From positions 98,146,001 to 98,210,000 of the forward strand of contig NC_043006.1 in NCBI RefSeq assembly GCF_006345805.1: a DNA stretch of 64,000 nucleotides, read 5' to 3'. Origin of the DNA: Octopus sinensis (Eukaryota). Positions 51,870-64,000 of the stretch are shown one piece after another (the stretch's first letter is position 1; each line of letters begins with the position of its first letter). A program made the position numbers and the translations under genes. Under the pieces are notes generated by a model, which saw only the letters and a program-made list of their open reading frames with translations, did no database searches and was not told the origin of the DNA.

Positions 51870-53121
51870 TACGTTTAAATATTTGTTGTGCAAGATTTTT
51901 TATGTGAAGTCGTGTGTTGAAACAGATATTGTTATATTTCGGAATGGTCATATTGCCAGTTTAGCCAATAAAAACACACGCACTATATATTTGGTGTTAT
52001 TTTGCTTCAGTGATATTTATTTTTTACATTAATCTTAATCTTATTTCGGCCAAAGTTCTTTCGTCACACTCCTCTGACCGCATCAGTGGTCCTTTGTTTT
52101 CTTCTCACTTACTTGTGTCTCTCCTTACTAACTGTCAGCCATTTTGTATTTCTATTGTATGTCTTCATTTGCGCATGCTTATATCTCTATGTGCGTCTAT
52201 GTTTATTTAGTGTGTGGGGGGGATGCCTGTAATATTTGTATCTTCTGGTTATATACATTCTTGTAATTTGTATTTTGTTTTTGTTGTTGTTGCTTTTGTT
52301 CTAATCTTGTTCATGTGTTTACATCCACCCATTATTATCATTACATATGCTTGTATGTATGTATAACAACAATATTAGTAATAATAATAATAAATCTAAT
52401 CGAAAAAAAAATATATATACATATACATATATATATATATACATACATATACATATACATATACATACATATATACACACATACATACACATATAGATAT
52501 TCATTTCTATTTCTTTAATTACCTGTGTATTTATTATGTTTGCAGGATCCACTATTGTCATATGTTGTGGTGTGCGCTATTGCTCCATTCTAGTTTTCTA
52601 TTCAGGCTAGGTTTATTTTCTATTATATGTGTAGCTTCTGTAATTTGTCTAATTGTTGCATCTGTTCTATGTGTGGACAATATCTTAATCTCTATGTTAT
52701 TGATTGATCCCCCGTGTTCTTGTTCGGCGTGTTGGTACAGAATCGATGAGCTTTTACCTTCCTTGAGTTGTCTCCAATGTTCATTCACCCGCTCACCAAT
52801 GCTTCTTGCAGTTTCCCCTACGTATGTTACTGTCTTGTTACTGCATCGTCCCTCTATACATCTTATACTATAGACCACATTTCTGGCTTTACAGTTCGTT
52901 TGTGGGCTAAATCTACATACAGTGCAATAGTTATCCGTACAGAGAGTTCTACTAAAAGGATAGCTTCTACCAATTATAGATCTGATAGGGTTGCCTGGCT
53001 TTCAACAACCTTAATTCTTAGTTTAAATAAATATCACTGAAGCAAAATAACACCAAATATATAGTGCGTGTGTTTTTATTGGTTAAACTGGCAATATGAC
53101 CATTCCGAAATATAACAATAT
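51870..53121 (-). mobile_element. 5'-truncated Penelope-like element (Neptune-like) with GIY-YIG endonuclease and inverted terminal segment
   Basis: Frame open 53001 to 52558: RSYPF...CTDNYCTVC...C KARNVVYSIRCIEGRC...TYVGETARSIGERVNEH...YQH (Cys linker, GIY-YIG, CCHH). 97-bp inverted repeat 51926-52022/53025-53121; (TA)n on both sides. Confidence 0.9.
52047..52092 (-). ncRNA. Variant hammerhead-like motif in the PLE 3' region
   Basis: CCA-CTGATGCG-GTCA gaggagtg TGAC-GAAA-G AA C-TT^TGG: the three stems pair, but the core has C at A9 plus one extra nucleotide. Confidence 0.45.
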
Positions 53122-53421
53122 ATATATATATATATAAAACATTATTGGTGAATTGAAGAAATGGAGCTGAACGCAGATTGAACAGAAATCGTTTTGATTA
53201 ACTTTTGATTAATCTACAACAAGATTATTCATCTTTCTATTTCACATTATATATATATATAATATATATATATGTGTATGTATATATATATATGCTTTAC
53301 ACGCAGAATGTCGCGAGTTCGGACCTCGCCAGAACCTCTGAGTGCACCAGGTGGTGCTATTAAGTTAGACATGGCCTGGGCCAATAATGGCCGAAACCTA
53401 TCAAAGTATCAAAGTATCAAA

Positions 53422-53503
<82 letters not shown>

Positions 53504-53523
53504 TATATATACATATATATATG

Positions 53524-53554
<31 letters not shown>

Positions 53555-53599
53555 TATATACAGAGAGCGAGCGAGAGAGAGAGAGAGAGAGTGAAAGAG

Positions 53600-54045
53600 A
53601 GGACTTGATGGGTAAATTGTCACCGTTCATCATTTTAAATTCCACGCATGGGCATTGCTTGCTTTTGATTTCGTCGGCAACACAGTACATTCAGTTGGGC
53701 ATCGTCTGCTGCACAATTCACTCCACCTGGAATCTGCAAACAATAACCTGTGCTGCTTGGAATTCGCGCCGGATGCGCCATCACGAACATTTCAGAAAGT
53801 TTGGCTGTCAATCTAAAGACGACAGTGCAAACAGAGGACATGTACCGAGAGTGATAAAAATCAAACATTCAGTCAGCATCACTGTGTTTTGAGCGATCAC
53901 AAGTGATGGCGACGTTATGCCTCCATTTATTTTCCCACGCGGCTTCAGACTCAACAAGGAGGACTGCATCAAATGGTTGGAGGAGGTAGTGCTGCCCTGC
54001 CGCAAAAGGGTGGCTGCTGGAAGAACCTGTCTGGCTACAGGAGAC
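53600..54045 (+). pseudogene. Internally deleted mariner/maT-like transposase relic
   Basis: N-terminal LLGIRAG..TNISESLAVNL joined to the catalytic-region segment ITSDGDVMPPFIFPRGFRLNKEDCIKWLEEVVLP; cut by a SINE at 54050. Confidence 0.6.
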
Positions 54046-54049
54046 TACG

Positions 54050-54423
54050 GGAAGCACTCCGTCGGTTACGACGACGAGTGTTCCGGTTGATCCGATCAAC
54101 GGAACAGCCTACTCGTGAAATTAACGTGTAAATGGCTGAGCACTCCACAGACACGTGTTCCCTTAACGTACTTCTCGGGGGTATTCAGCGTGACACAGAG
54201 AGTGACAAGGCCGGCCCCTTGAAATACAGGTACAACAGGAACAGGAAGTAAGAGTGGGAGAAAGAGTGGTGAAAGAGTACAGCAGGGATCACTACCATCC
54301 CCTGCCGGAGCCTCGTGGAGCTTTAGGTGTTTTCGCTCAATAAACACTCACAACGCCAGGTCTGGGAATCGAAACCGCGATCCTATAACCGCTGCCCTAA
54401 CCACTGGGCCATTGCACCTCCAC
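54050..54423 (-). mobile_element. SINE family A, full length
   Basis: Reverse-complement homologue of 43962-44344 with the same GGAGTGCTTCC end. Confidence 0.92.
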
Positions 54424-54554
54424 AACTATTAAAGTAGAAGCAATTAGTAGCAATTATTAACGAACTAATTCACCGTCACCGAAACAACAGCTACATAGAT
54501 ATTTAATACACACAAGCCAGCGCTGTAAGAAACAAATGCAAAATAAACAATATA

Positions 54555-56179
54555 CAGTGGCGGCCAAAATGTTCAGAACGGCATTGTTTTCGTCAGAAAA
54601 GTAAGTATAAGTTTTTATCAAAGTTGTTTTATATTTTATAATTTACACAGACAATAAATACGATATTATTTGTTATTGCCTGAGATTTTGGTGTAATTTG
54701 AGAGGATAATACAAAAGTTATGCATGATTTACTGATTTACTGCAAAACCCATGGCGGCCAAAATGATCAGAACGGTTGCTTTTACTCCGTGTTTTAGTAT
54801 ATTTAACCGACGAACCCTAATGTTTTGAATTTTTTTACGTGATGGTTCGTTTACTAAACATTAGTAAGAATATTTGCAGTGTACTTTGTTAATATAATGC
54901 CACTTACTCCGTTACCAATTCGTCAGCAGACTATTAAGCTTCGAAGGAAGGATAATTTAAGTATTGGATCTATTGCAAAGATTGTTAACAAGTCAAAAAG
55001 TGTTGTACACGATATTCTTAAGGTCTACGATGATTGTTGTTCGTGTGAAGCTAGAAAGTTTACAGGTAGGCCAAGAAAAACAACCAAGAGAGAAGATCGT
55101 GCTATGGTAAAGTTGGTTAAAAAGGACAGATTTAAAACTGCTGCTGCTGTTTCTCGGAAAATGAGCATTGTATTGAAGAAAACTTTATCTCGAAAAACTG
55201 TGTCTCGTCGTTTAGTTGAACATGACCTACAAGCAAGAGCACATGCAGTTAAGCCACTGATCAGCTCCAAGAATAAAAAGTGTCGTCTTAACTTTGCAAC
55301 CAAACATGTGTTTGTTGTGGTCTCTAGAAAAATGGCAAACGGTGCATTTCAGTGAAGAATCTAAGTTTGTGTTATTTGGCTCAGATGGGAAAAGGTACGT
55401 TCGTAGAAAAGTAGGTGAAAAATTGTCGCCTAAATGCCTTAAGACTAGTGTTAAATTCGGTGGAGGAAGTGTCATGGTTTGGGGATGATATCTGGAGATG
55501 GTGTGGGCCCTTTGGTGCGATTACATGGAAAGGTAAATGCAGGAGTTTATAAACAACTTGTAAAAGATCATGTCTTGCCTGTGCTGAGAAATTCAACTAA
55601 GCGACCACCCATACTCATGCAGGACAATGCCCCATGTCACAAGGCTAAGGTGGTCATGAACTTCCTTAAGGCTGAAAAGGTTATTGTTATGAATTGGCCT
55701 GCTGAAAGCCCAGATCTCAATCCTATTGAAAATGTATGGAATATTCTAGAAGAACGTTCGAAAGCCAGAAATCCTAAAACAACTGAGCAATTATGGAATG
55801 CCCTTCAGGGAGAATGGAATAAGTTCCCCCAGCAAGAAATTGAAAATTTAATTTCCTCATGCAGTCAAAGATGTCAGAGTGTGATTGAAGCTAAAGGGCT
55901 TCACACTAAATATTAAATAATTCTAGTATTCTCTGTCATTTTTGATTATTTTGTTATTTTGTCAACCGTTCTGGTTATTTTAGCCGCCATGGGTTTTGCA
56001 GTAAATCACTAAATCATCCATAACTTTTGTATTATCATCTCAAATTACACCAAATTCTCAGACAATAACACTTAATATTGTATGTATAATATTGTAGAAT
56101 ATAAAACCACTTTGATAAAAATCTTATATTTACTTTTCTGACGAAAACAATGCCGTTCTGAACATTTTGGCCGCAACTG
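54555..56179 (+). mobile_element. Full-length Tc1 transposon (1625 bp) with ~230-bp IR/DR-type TIRs and TA TSD
   Basis: TA|CAGTGGCGGCCAAAATGTTCAGAACGGCATTG...CAATGCCGTTCTGAACATTTTGGCCGCAACTG|TA; inner repeats at about 54752-54778 and 55963-55988. Confidence 0.95.
54897..55916 (+). pseudogene. Tc1 DD34E transposase, two frameshifts
   Basis: HTH and GRPRK, KPLIS, HFSEESKF (first catalytic D>E), SVMVWG, QDNAPCH, SPDLNPIENVW with 34 residues between D and E; frameshifts near 55310 and 55490. Confidence 0.92.
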
Positions 56180-56496
56180 TATGTATCACATTTAATAGTA
56201 AGAATATATCTCAGAAGTATTTAGATTGAAAGATCTTCTCACGAGTATATAATCATAACATTAGAAGCCACAGAAAGTACATGCAGAAATATAGGTAATA
56301 CTCAATTTAAAGAAAATCTAAAAGCTGCTTTCTTGATTACGTAAACCTTCCCTCGAGATACACATGTCATGCACTTCCTTTAAGCTTGCATTTTCAAAAC
56401 GAATGTTATTAAACATCCCCAAACATATACGCAAATAGGTAAGCTTAAATATTATTTGCGCACACGCGTTTGTGTATATGTATGTCTAATAAATGT

Positions 56497-56822
<326 letters not shown>

Positions 56823-57187
56823 TGTTGTGGCGAGCGTCACTGACACATCTGGACTCGCCGAAGAGTAGAGGTCGGTAGTAATCAAAGTGAGCGTTTTGTT
56901 AGTCTCGTGAAGTACGTCGTGTCAACACAAATTATCAATCTGTACCTACCTGTCGCAGGCATAGTAGTAAAAAAGTGCAAGCTGGTAAATAAAGTGACGA
57001 CCACACGTTAGAGGTCTGTCTGAAGCGATTACTGGTAGACACGTAATGGAGTAGGTACCGGGGTCTAAGAGAAGGAAGTAAAATTCACGTAGGATGGATA
57101 ATTGATAAGATGTTAAGAAAGAGAGTGAGGGATGAAAACAGTGTGCGTGCGTTGCATTGGCGGAGAGATATCCTCTTTGAGTGTACA
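56823..57187. mobile_element. Possible solo LTR
   Basis: GC-richer 365-bp island bounded by TGT...ACA; no TSD seen. Confidence 0.25.
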
Positions 57188-58397
57188 AATTAGGATAATA
57201 TTAAGAATAATCTACAGAGACACCAGGTAGATAGAAATAAAGGAAAATTAAAGCGTATACAAGACTCAAGACTAGTAAGATTTTCTAGATACTTCTCAGA
57301 TAGGAAGCCTGTACTTTAAAATGAATTCGTCAGTCGAAGTGAAGTGCAGAATAATGACATGTTTACATACCTGCTGCATGTTGGCTGTTTACATATATAT
57401 ATAAATATAGACATGCTCATATATATGCACACACATGCACACACACACATATATGCATGGTTGTGTGTTTCTATGTGGGCGGTTTTGTGTCGATTATATG
57501 CACTTTAGAGTAGCTATAGTATTTTTGTAGCTACGCTTCATGCAAACAGCTTCTTATATCGTTTAGGTATCTCTGTGTCAACCGATTTCTGCAGTATAGG
57601 CGAAGCGGAAGAATAAAACAAAGCAATGAGGAAAGCTAGAAGAGAGCACGAGGCATGTTCGCATATATGATATATATCTCATCTGGGACATAATTTATTC
57701 GTATCTTTTTTTTTATACATACTTTATCTGTCATGCTTCTATGTTTTCAGTTTAGTACTTCATTCTAATCACCTAAAATGTTCGACATATCTCACGTGAA
57801 AACATTGATAGATATTACTCGTAATCCAGGGAGTAACACAATGCACAAATCACGAAAAACCAATACTGTTTATTTTGACAGATATTAATGTTATCATCGT
57901 AATGCATTCTCTGTCGTTTAAAATGTAACTTGAATATATCGATTAAGCTTTAATAGATTACTTTACGGATCAGTTTTCATTATTTCTTTCTTCATATTTT
58001 CTTTATATTTCGTATAGCATCTTATCCTTCTTATGTGAAAGATTAAATAGCTCTCACTGCGAAGACCACGCAATAACATTTATAAAATTCTCTTCAAGGC
58101 AGGCGTCCTTATAAAAATACGTGTACAACACTAAAAACTTCTTAAGATGCTAAAGAATATTCAAATAAAATATCGTAAGCAAATTTGTTCATCCTTCTTT
58201 TTCTCCGCTACCTTAAAGCATATCAATATAACCCAATCAATAATATTTTCATAGAAACTCCATATTTATTTAATATATGTCACTTGGATTCACGGGAGGT
58301 CAATCAATAGAAATGTTCATGTGTCTATGAAAATCAATTTGATTTATGTAACTTGAATATTTCTCTCTTTATCTATCTTTGTGTGTACATGTGTGCT

Positions 58398-58482
<85 letters not shown>

Positions 58483-58686
58483 GTGTGTGTGTGTGTGTGT
58501 ATGTATAAGCTAAGAGGAGGTTATCTCAAAGTCCATTTTCAGAATTTTATGCTCACTATATCTAGGATGTGATTCCCATTAATTAAGATGACGAGATTTG
58601 TACATTTTCTGTGGTAAATGAATATTGGAAATATTTCACGTATTTGTGATTAGTGCAACTCATGTGTTTTCAGCGGATGATTGATA

Positions 58687-58776
<90 letters not shown>

Positions 58777-58789
58777 GCATGTAAATATG

Positions 58790-59370
58790 CATCCTGGCGT
58801 TGCCCGGGTATTATGTCCTATGGCCATATTCTATTCTATATTTATTCCTTTCGTATGGGCAGAATCAGTGCAGCTGATATATAGTGAACGGGATTAGTGG
58901 CATAATGGAAGTATTTGGTTAAAAGTGAAGTTGGGGTACAATTTGCATAGGTTTGCATGAAAGCGCTTTCTATTCTCAAGAAGGATAACACACTATGTAT
59001 TGTTTTATCGTATTAAAGGGAGGTTAATACGATTTTTCACAGAAGTCCTAATTTCAAAATTTAGGTTTCCGCCCATCCCCACAGCAATTTTTTATAATTT
59101 GAAACATGTTTACGGATTTTTTTTTATGCATGTTGAAAAATACAGAAATTACGAATCTGGGAAATATTATTTTTCTTTTAAGTTTAATTCCCCAACCTCA
59201 CCCACCCATCACCTACCCGCTTTGAAAAAGCCAAAAGCACGCAACGTTTCGGTTTCGTCTGATGTTTCACGCATGCGTAGCATTGTAGTGAGCGAGCGGA
59301 CGAAAAAATATTAGGCCACAACCAGAAAACACGACATGCTATAAACCACAGGTAAACGATATTATTATAT
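58790..59370 (-). mobile_element. Degenerate Helitron-like element next to (TA)n
   Basis: CCTGGCGTTGCCCGGG hairpin related to 30444-30459; the other end is uncertain. Confidence 0.35.
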
Positions 59371-60062
59371 CTAAAAAGCTAAAAGTGAAACATTGGGAGT
59401 TCGTAGCTTTTTGAAAATGGTAAGGTAATGGGTGGATGTTTGGGAAGCAGATTGTAGTATTTCTTTAAGAAGAAAGAAGAAAATTCTTAAAAATTGGTAA
59501 ACTCTGTTTTTTTCTCCGTGGATAAACAGGAGAAAATTTCGAAAAAAGTGAAAATTGAAGGAATTGGAATGGGGAGGGAGAAAATTAAAATATTGAGAAC
59601 GTGTTTTTTTGGTGAAATCTTAAACTCCTCTGTTTAAAACATAGGAATCGGAAGAAATTTAGGAAAAAAATTATGGTGGGAGGGAGCGCAAGTATCATGT
59701 CGGATATTAGAATCAACATGTAAATGACAGGATTTCTAGGAGAGCTTCCTTTTAAATCTATATCAAAGGTCATGTTTTTAGATACACTCATCACGAACAC
59801 GATTTACGGAATAGAAAAAGGTGATTTCAATTGGATTTGAGCTATAATTTTGCGCGTGCACAAAGCAACAAATAATATAATTCATACAAAAGATTTAGCT
59901 AGAGTGTATGTGTGCATGTGTGTGTGTGTGTGTATGTGTGTGTGTGCGTGCGTGTGCATGTGTCTGAGCCAAAGGAAGTTATTTTATAGCATTCTTTCGT
60001 TTGAAGCAGGAAATTGTCAACAAAATCATATGGTTGATCATATGGGATCGTATGATTGTTTG

Positions 60063-61026
60063 TTAATTTCCCTAAAAATTTATAATTTCTCTGTGCTTTG
60101 AGGAGGGCATGCATTGAAAGAGAGGAGAAAGTAAAAATAAGATATTTGCTTTGAAGTGAGAGCAGAAAGTGAAAGCGAGAAGAAAGTGAACGATTTCTGT
60201 ACGTGTATATGAATTGGACGTGTGTGTGTGTATATGAGAGAGAGATAGAGAGTGAGTGAAACTGTGTGTTGTTGAATGCATATTTTTGCATGTACGTATA
60301 AGTAGTTCTCACTCTCTCTTTCTCTTTCACACATACATACACATTATCTTTTATATACACGAACATAATTATGCATACATTTTTGTATGTATGTGTGCGT
60401 CTGCATGTGAGAGGGAAAGTGGGTGACTGTATTTCCCCATAAGATATAGATATATGGTTGTTTCTTAAGGTACACACTCATATAGGAAACATAATGTCGT
60501 CGTCGTCGTATAAAATGTCGTTTAGGATAGTTGAATTATAGAAAGATTAACATGTTAAATGTTTGTAATGCAAATATGTAAATGAATATAAAGTTCATTT
60601 ATAAGCCGAAAGATTAGTGAATCATTTGATACCCCATGCATAAAAATCAGCAACTCAGTTTTCGAATGTATTCCTTAATTTCCGTAAAAATGTTTTATTT
60701 CTATATGCTTTGAAGAGTGCAGAATTTGAAAGAGAAGACAACGTGAAACCGTGGCATTTGCTTTGAACTGAGAGCTGAAAGTGAAAGAGAGGAAAAAGTA
60801 AAAGATGTCTGTACGTGTATATGAAATGGACGTGTGTCTGTATGTGTGCGTGCGTGTGCGCACGTGTTTGTGTGTGCGTGAGAGAGAGAGAAGGAGGGGT
60901 AGAGTTAGTGAGGGTAGGTGTGTATTTTCATGTACTTGTACTGTCACACACACATCTTTCATATACACATACGTAAATACACATGCAAAATCATATTTTG
61001 TATATATGTGTGCGTGTGCATGTGCA

Positions 61027-61058
<32 letters not shown>

Positions 61059-61290
61059 TGAATGACTGTATTTCACTATAACTTATAGAGAAATAGATGT
61101 CTTTTAAGGTACACACTCATATAGAAAATGTGACGTCATCGTCGTTGAGCTCGTGGTATAAAATGTTTATGATAGTGGATTTATAGAAAATATTATAAGC
61201 TAAGGTGTGTTAATGCAAATACGTAAATGAAAATAAAGTTTCTATAATAGTCCTAAGATTACTGAATCTTTTGAATAACCATACGTCGAT
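60063..61290 (+). repeat. Diverged tandem duplication, ~613-bp unit x2
   Basis: 60063-60675 aligns with 60676-61290 (e.g. GTACGTGTATATGAA.TGGACGTGTGT, ACTGTATTTC, TAAGGTACACACTCATATAG, AATGCAAATA.GTAAATGAA). Confidence 0.85.
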
Positions 61291-61684
61291 TTTCGAACAC
61301 ACACATACACGCGCACAGACACACACACACAGAGACACACACAAATTGTCTGTTACATATATGGTAGTGTCCCAGTCTTTCGTTCTCTCTCCTTGTCTCT
61401 CGCATTACCTGTGTGTCTATCTCCTCCTGTCTCCTCCCCTTCCCTGATATCAACCACTCTCATTATGTCAACTTCCCCGAACCTAACACTTTTGCCCCCC
61501 TCTCATTTTATCATGTAATAGCCTAACCCTCGTAGTCGATCCATTATCGATTTTTATTGAAATCCAATTAGTCTAAGTGAGTTGGATATTAGTTCAACAC
61601 GTATACAAAGTGTGATGATGATTGGTTCCCTGGTCCAGGGAGCAAGATTGTAACAGACAGGCAAAATTGCCATTTATACATAAG

Positions 61685-61781
<97 letters not shown>

Positions 61782-63192
61782 CTTGTGTGTCTATGTATAT
61801 ACATATATGTTTCATGCCTAACAACTGTAAATAGTTAAATATTCGGAGGCACTTGTATTCCCAACCAAATCCTGTGGTACGATCACTGTAACAAGCTCTA
61901 TTTCACTTCAAAGTTTTGGATTTTCTCAAGAGCATGGCGAATGGCACCTCCACAATTATATATAAACTGGGATCGAACTTGATAATTTATAACTGTAAAA
62001 TGATCTTCATAACTACAAGTTCATGAAACAACATTAAATGGTTTATTGTACGGTGAGAAGTTAATATATTTATTTCTCTATTATGATAGGCACATGTATC
62101 TGAATTTCTAAAAGTAAGATATAAAATATAACCGCAAAGCCATAAATTGTGTATAAAGAATCGGATGCAGATTCTGAACAGCTGAAGTTTGGTAACATTG
62201 TAATCGATCATGCAATTGACTATATTATATTACTCTAATTGATTTCGCCATATGCAGAGGGGTGAAGATCAATATAACACTTCTGATGTATATGTGCATC
62301 GTAGGACAAGTAGTATATTTTATTACTTCCGTTATTTTTCGAAAATTATATAATGCGGACTTCATTGATGATTATCTCAAACATATGAAGTTTGGTGACA
62401 GCCATGCTAGATAATTTTTGTAAGAGTTTTGTGTATATCATGCAAATCTAACGTAATACAAGTGGTTGTGAATATTTACAGAACAGTAAACAGTTACTAA
62501 AAATCAAAGGGAAATAAAGTTTTCTCCTTTCATATAAGTTATGCAATTTAATGAGCTGAATCGAACATTTGATAAATTACCGGTACATATTTTATCAAGC
62601 GCATATTTTAAATCTAAATGAGCAAGAAAAACGTGAGTCTTTTTTTACGCTTGATATCAAACACTTTCCGGATTTGCATTTCCTTTTCAGAGTACAGTAA
62701 CAAAATATGGTAAAAGTTACATACTACCATTAATTAAATCCACACTCTACAGCTTCGATACGTTCTATCTGCGCTGAATTGCAGATAGAACAGCAGAAAT
62801 ACTGTGTATATTACTTTTACAAACCGGAAAAAGGGCGATTTACTCACCATTTTTTCTGTTCTAACTGCAATTCTACGTTCAAAAAAGAAAAAAACATTAT
62901 CTTAACCGTATCGTCTCCAGCCTACGTTCGACGACAGAAAAGGGAGAGAGAAAACAGGTGCAGATTTCAACGGGTCCAACGTCGTAAGATGACTGGCAAA
63001 TATGTATATATATGAGTTAAACGCAGGTGTTATTCAAATTCTTTTACTTCCGACATATTTCGAGAATGCTGCCCTGGTAACTGTTCATTTATTTTTCCGT
63101 GTTTACTGTAAACAAGGGAAAAATTCCCACATTCATTTATATATACTTCAAAAAGGTTTCCATATAACCTGCTAATAAAATAGTTACCGCAT

Positions 63193-64000
63193 ATGGAGTT
63201 ATTTAATTTAAACGCATCCCTTAAGGATATACCGATTCTCCCAAAGGATTATTCCTTTAAGCAACTCTTTAATAAGAAAAATTCCGTTATTAACCGTATC
63301 AGATGGCTCACTTTTTTCTTCGACATTAAGCACCTTCAACAGCCCACTAATGTTATAACTTCTGAATTTAAGGAATTATGTAAATCTAAAAATAATCCTC
63401 CACCTAACCAAAGGTTGAAACCGTTTGAAGATGATCTTTGGTCTATTGTGAGAAATATTAAATTTCACCGATCACCCCTAAGGAATAAACATCTGAGGTA
63501 TCTTCACAATATCACCAAGGAATCTCATAGCATGGATAGTAAACTAGTACAATTAGATAAAACGGGAAACCTGTATAAACTTAACAGGGATTATTACTTG
63601 GAACTGTTTAAAAAATAAATTCAAAAAATTTATAGGATTACAGGCAAAGGTGCACTCAGGAAAGCCAACCTTGAAGCTAAGAAAATTATGGAGAAGTATA
63701 ATTTACTAATGAAGACAGAACCACTTGATACTAAGCAACCTCGTTTTATTTTAAAAGATCATGAAAAATGTTTTTAATAACCCATCCTTAAGACATCTGT
63801 CCTTCTAGCTCTGACATTGGTTTACTTGGTAAAAATATTCTAGATAAATATATTTCTACCTTAATTAAAATTTTCAAACTTAGTTTATGGTCCAATTCAC
63901 TCCAAGTTGTCGACTGGCTTTTAGTTACATTACTAATAATAGGAGCACTAAGTTTATTATCCAGTTTGACATTTCTAGTTTCTATTCCTCCATCAACCCC
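63193..64000 (+). pseudogene. Penelope-like element ORF 5' part (Naiad/Chlamys-like), continues past the window edge
   Basis: SLKDIPI; SVINRIRW..FF; KSKNNPPP...LKPFEDDLW; DKTGNLY; LKDH; SSDIGLLGKNILDK; LWSNSLQVVDW; IQFDISSFYSSINP (RT motif). Interrupted by TAA at 63616-18 and frameshifts. Confidence 0.85.

Noticed and set aside
53370-53425. GGCC AATAAT GGCC-GAAA-CCTA-TC followed by (TCAAAGTA)x3
   Set aside because: The upstream CUGANGA core is absent.

Overview
AT-rich, repeat-saturated eukaryotic DNA with no recognisable intact host gene. The dense (TA)n/(CA)n/(TATC)n/(AAT)n microsatellites and the repeat families suggest an octopus (cephalopod) genome; this is inference. Most ORFs in the supplied track are microsatellite artefacts. 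Supportable content: three tRNA-derived SINE families (several with TSDs); a near-complete IR/DR Tc1 (DD34E) at 54555-56179; mariner, hAT and Helitron-type relics; R4/Dong-type and RTE LINE relics; and Penelope-like element (PLE) fragments resembling three lineages. The most striking signal is about 10 type I hammerhead ribozyme (HHR) motifs in unrelated non-coding elements. One is canonical and intact (16439-16534, inside a 457-bp element with a 13-bp TSD). Others sit in a tandem-plus-inverted 558-bp monomer whose inversion breakpoint maps to the cleavage site, in a fold-back with two outward-facing HHRs, and downstream of a tRNA-like head. Most have palindromic stem III and abut (TA)n arrays. 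All alignments and folds were done by eye.
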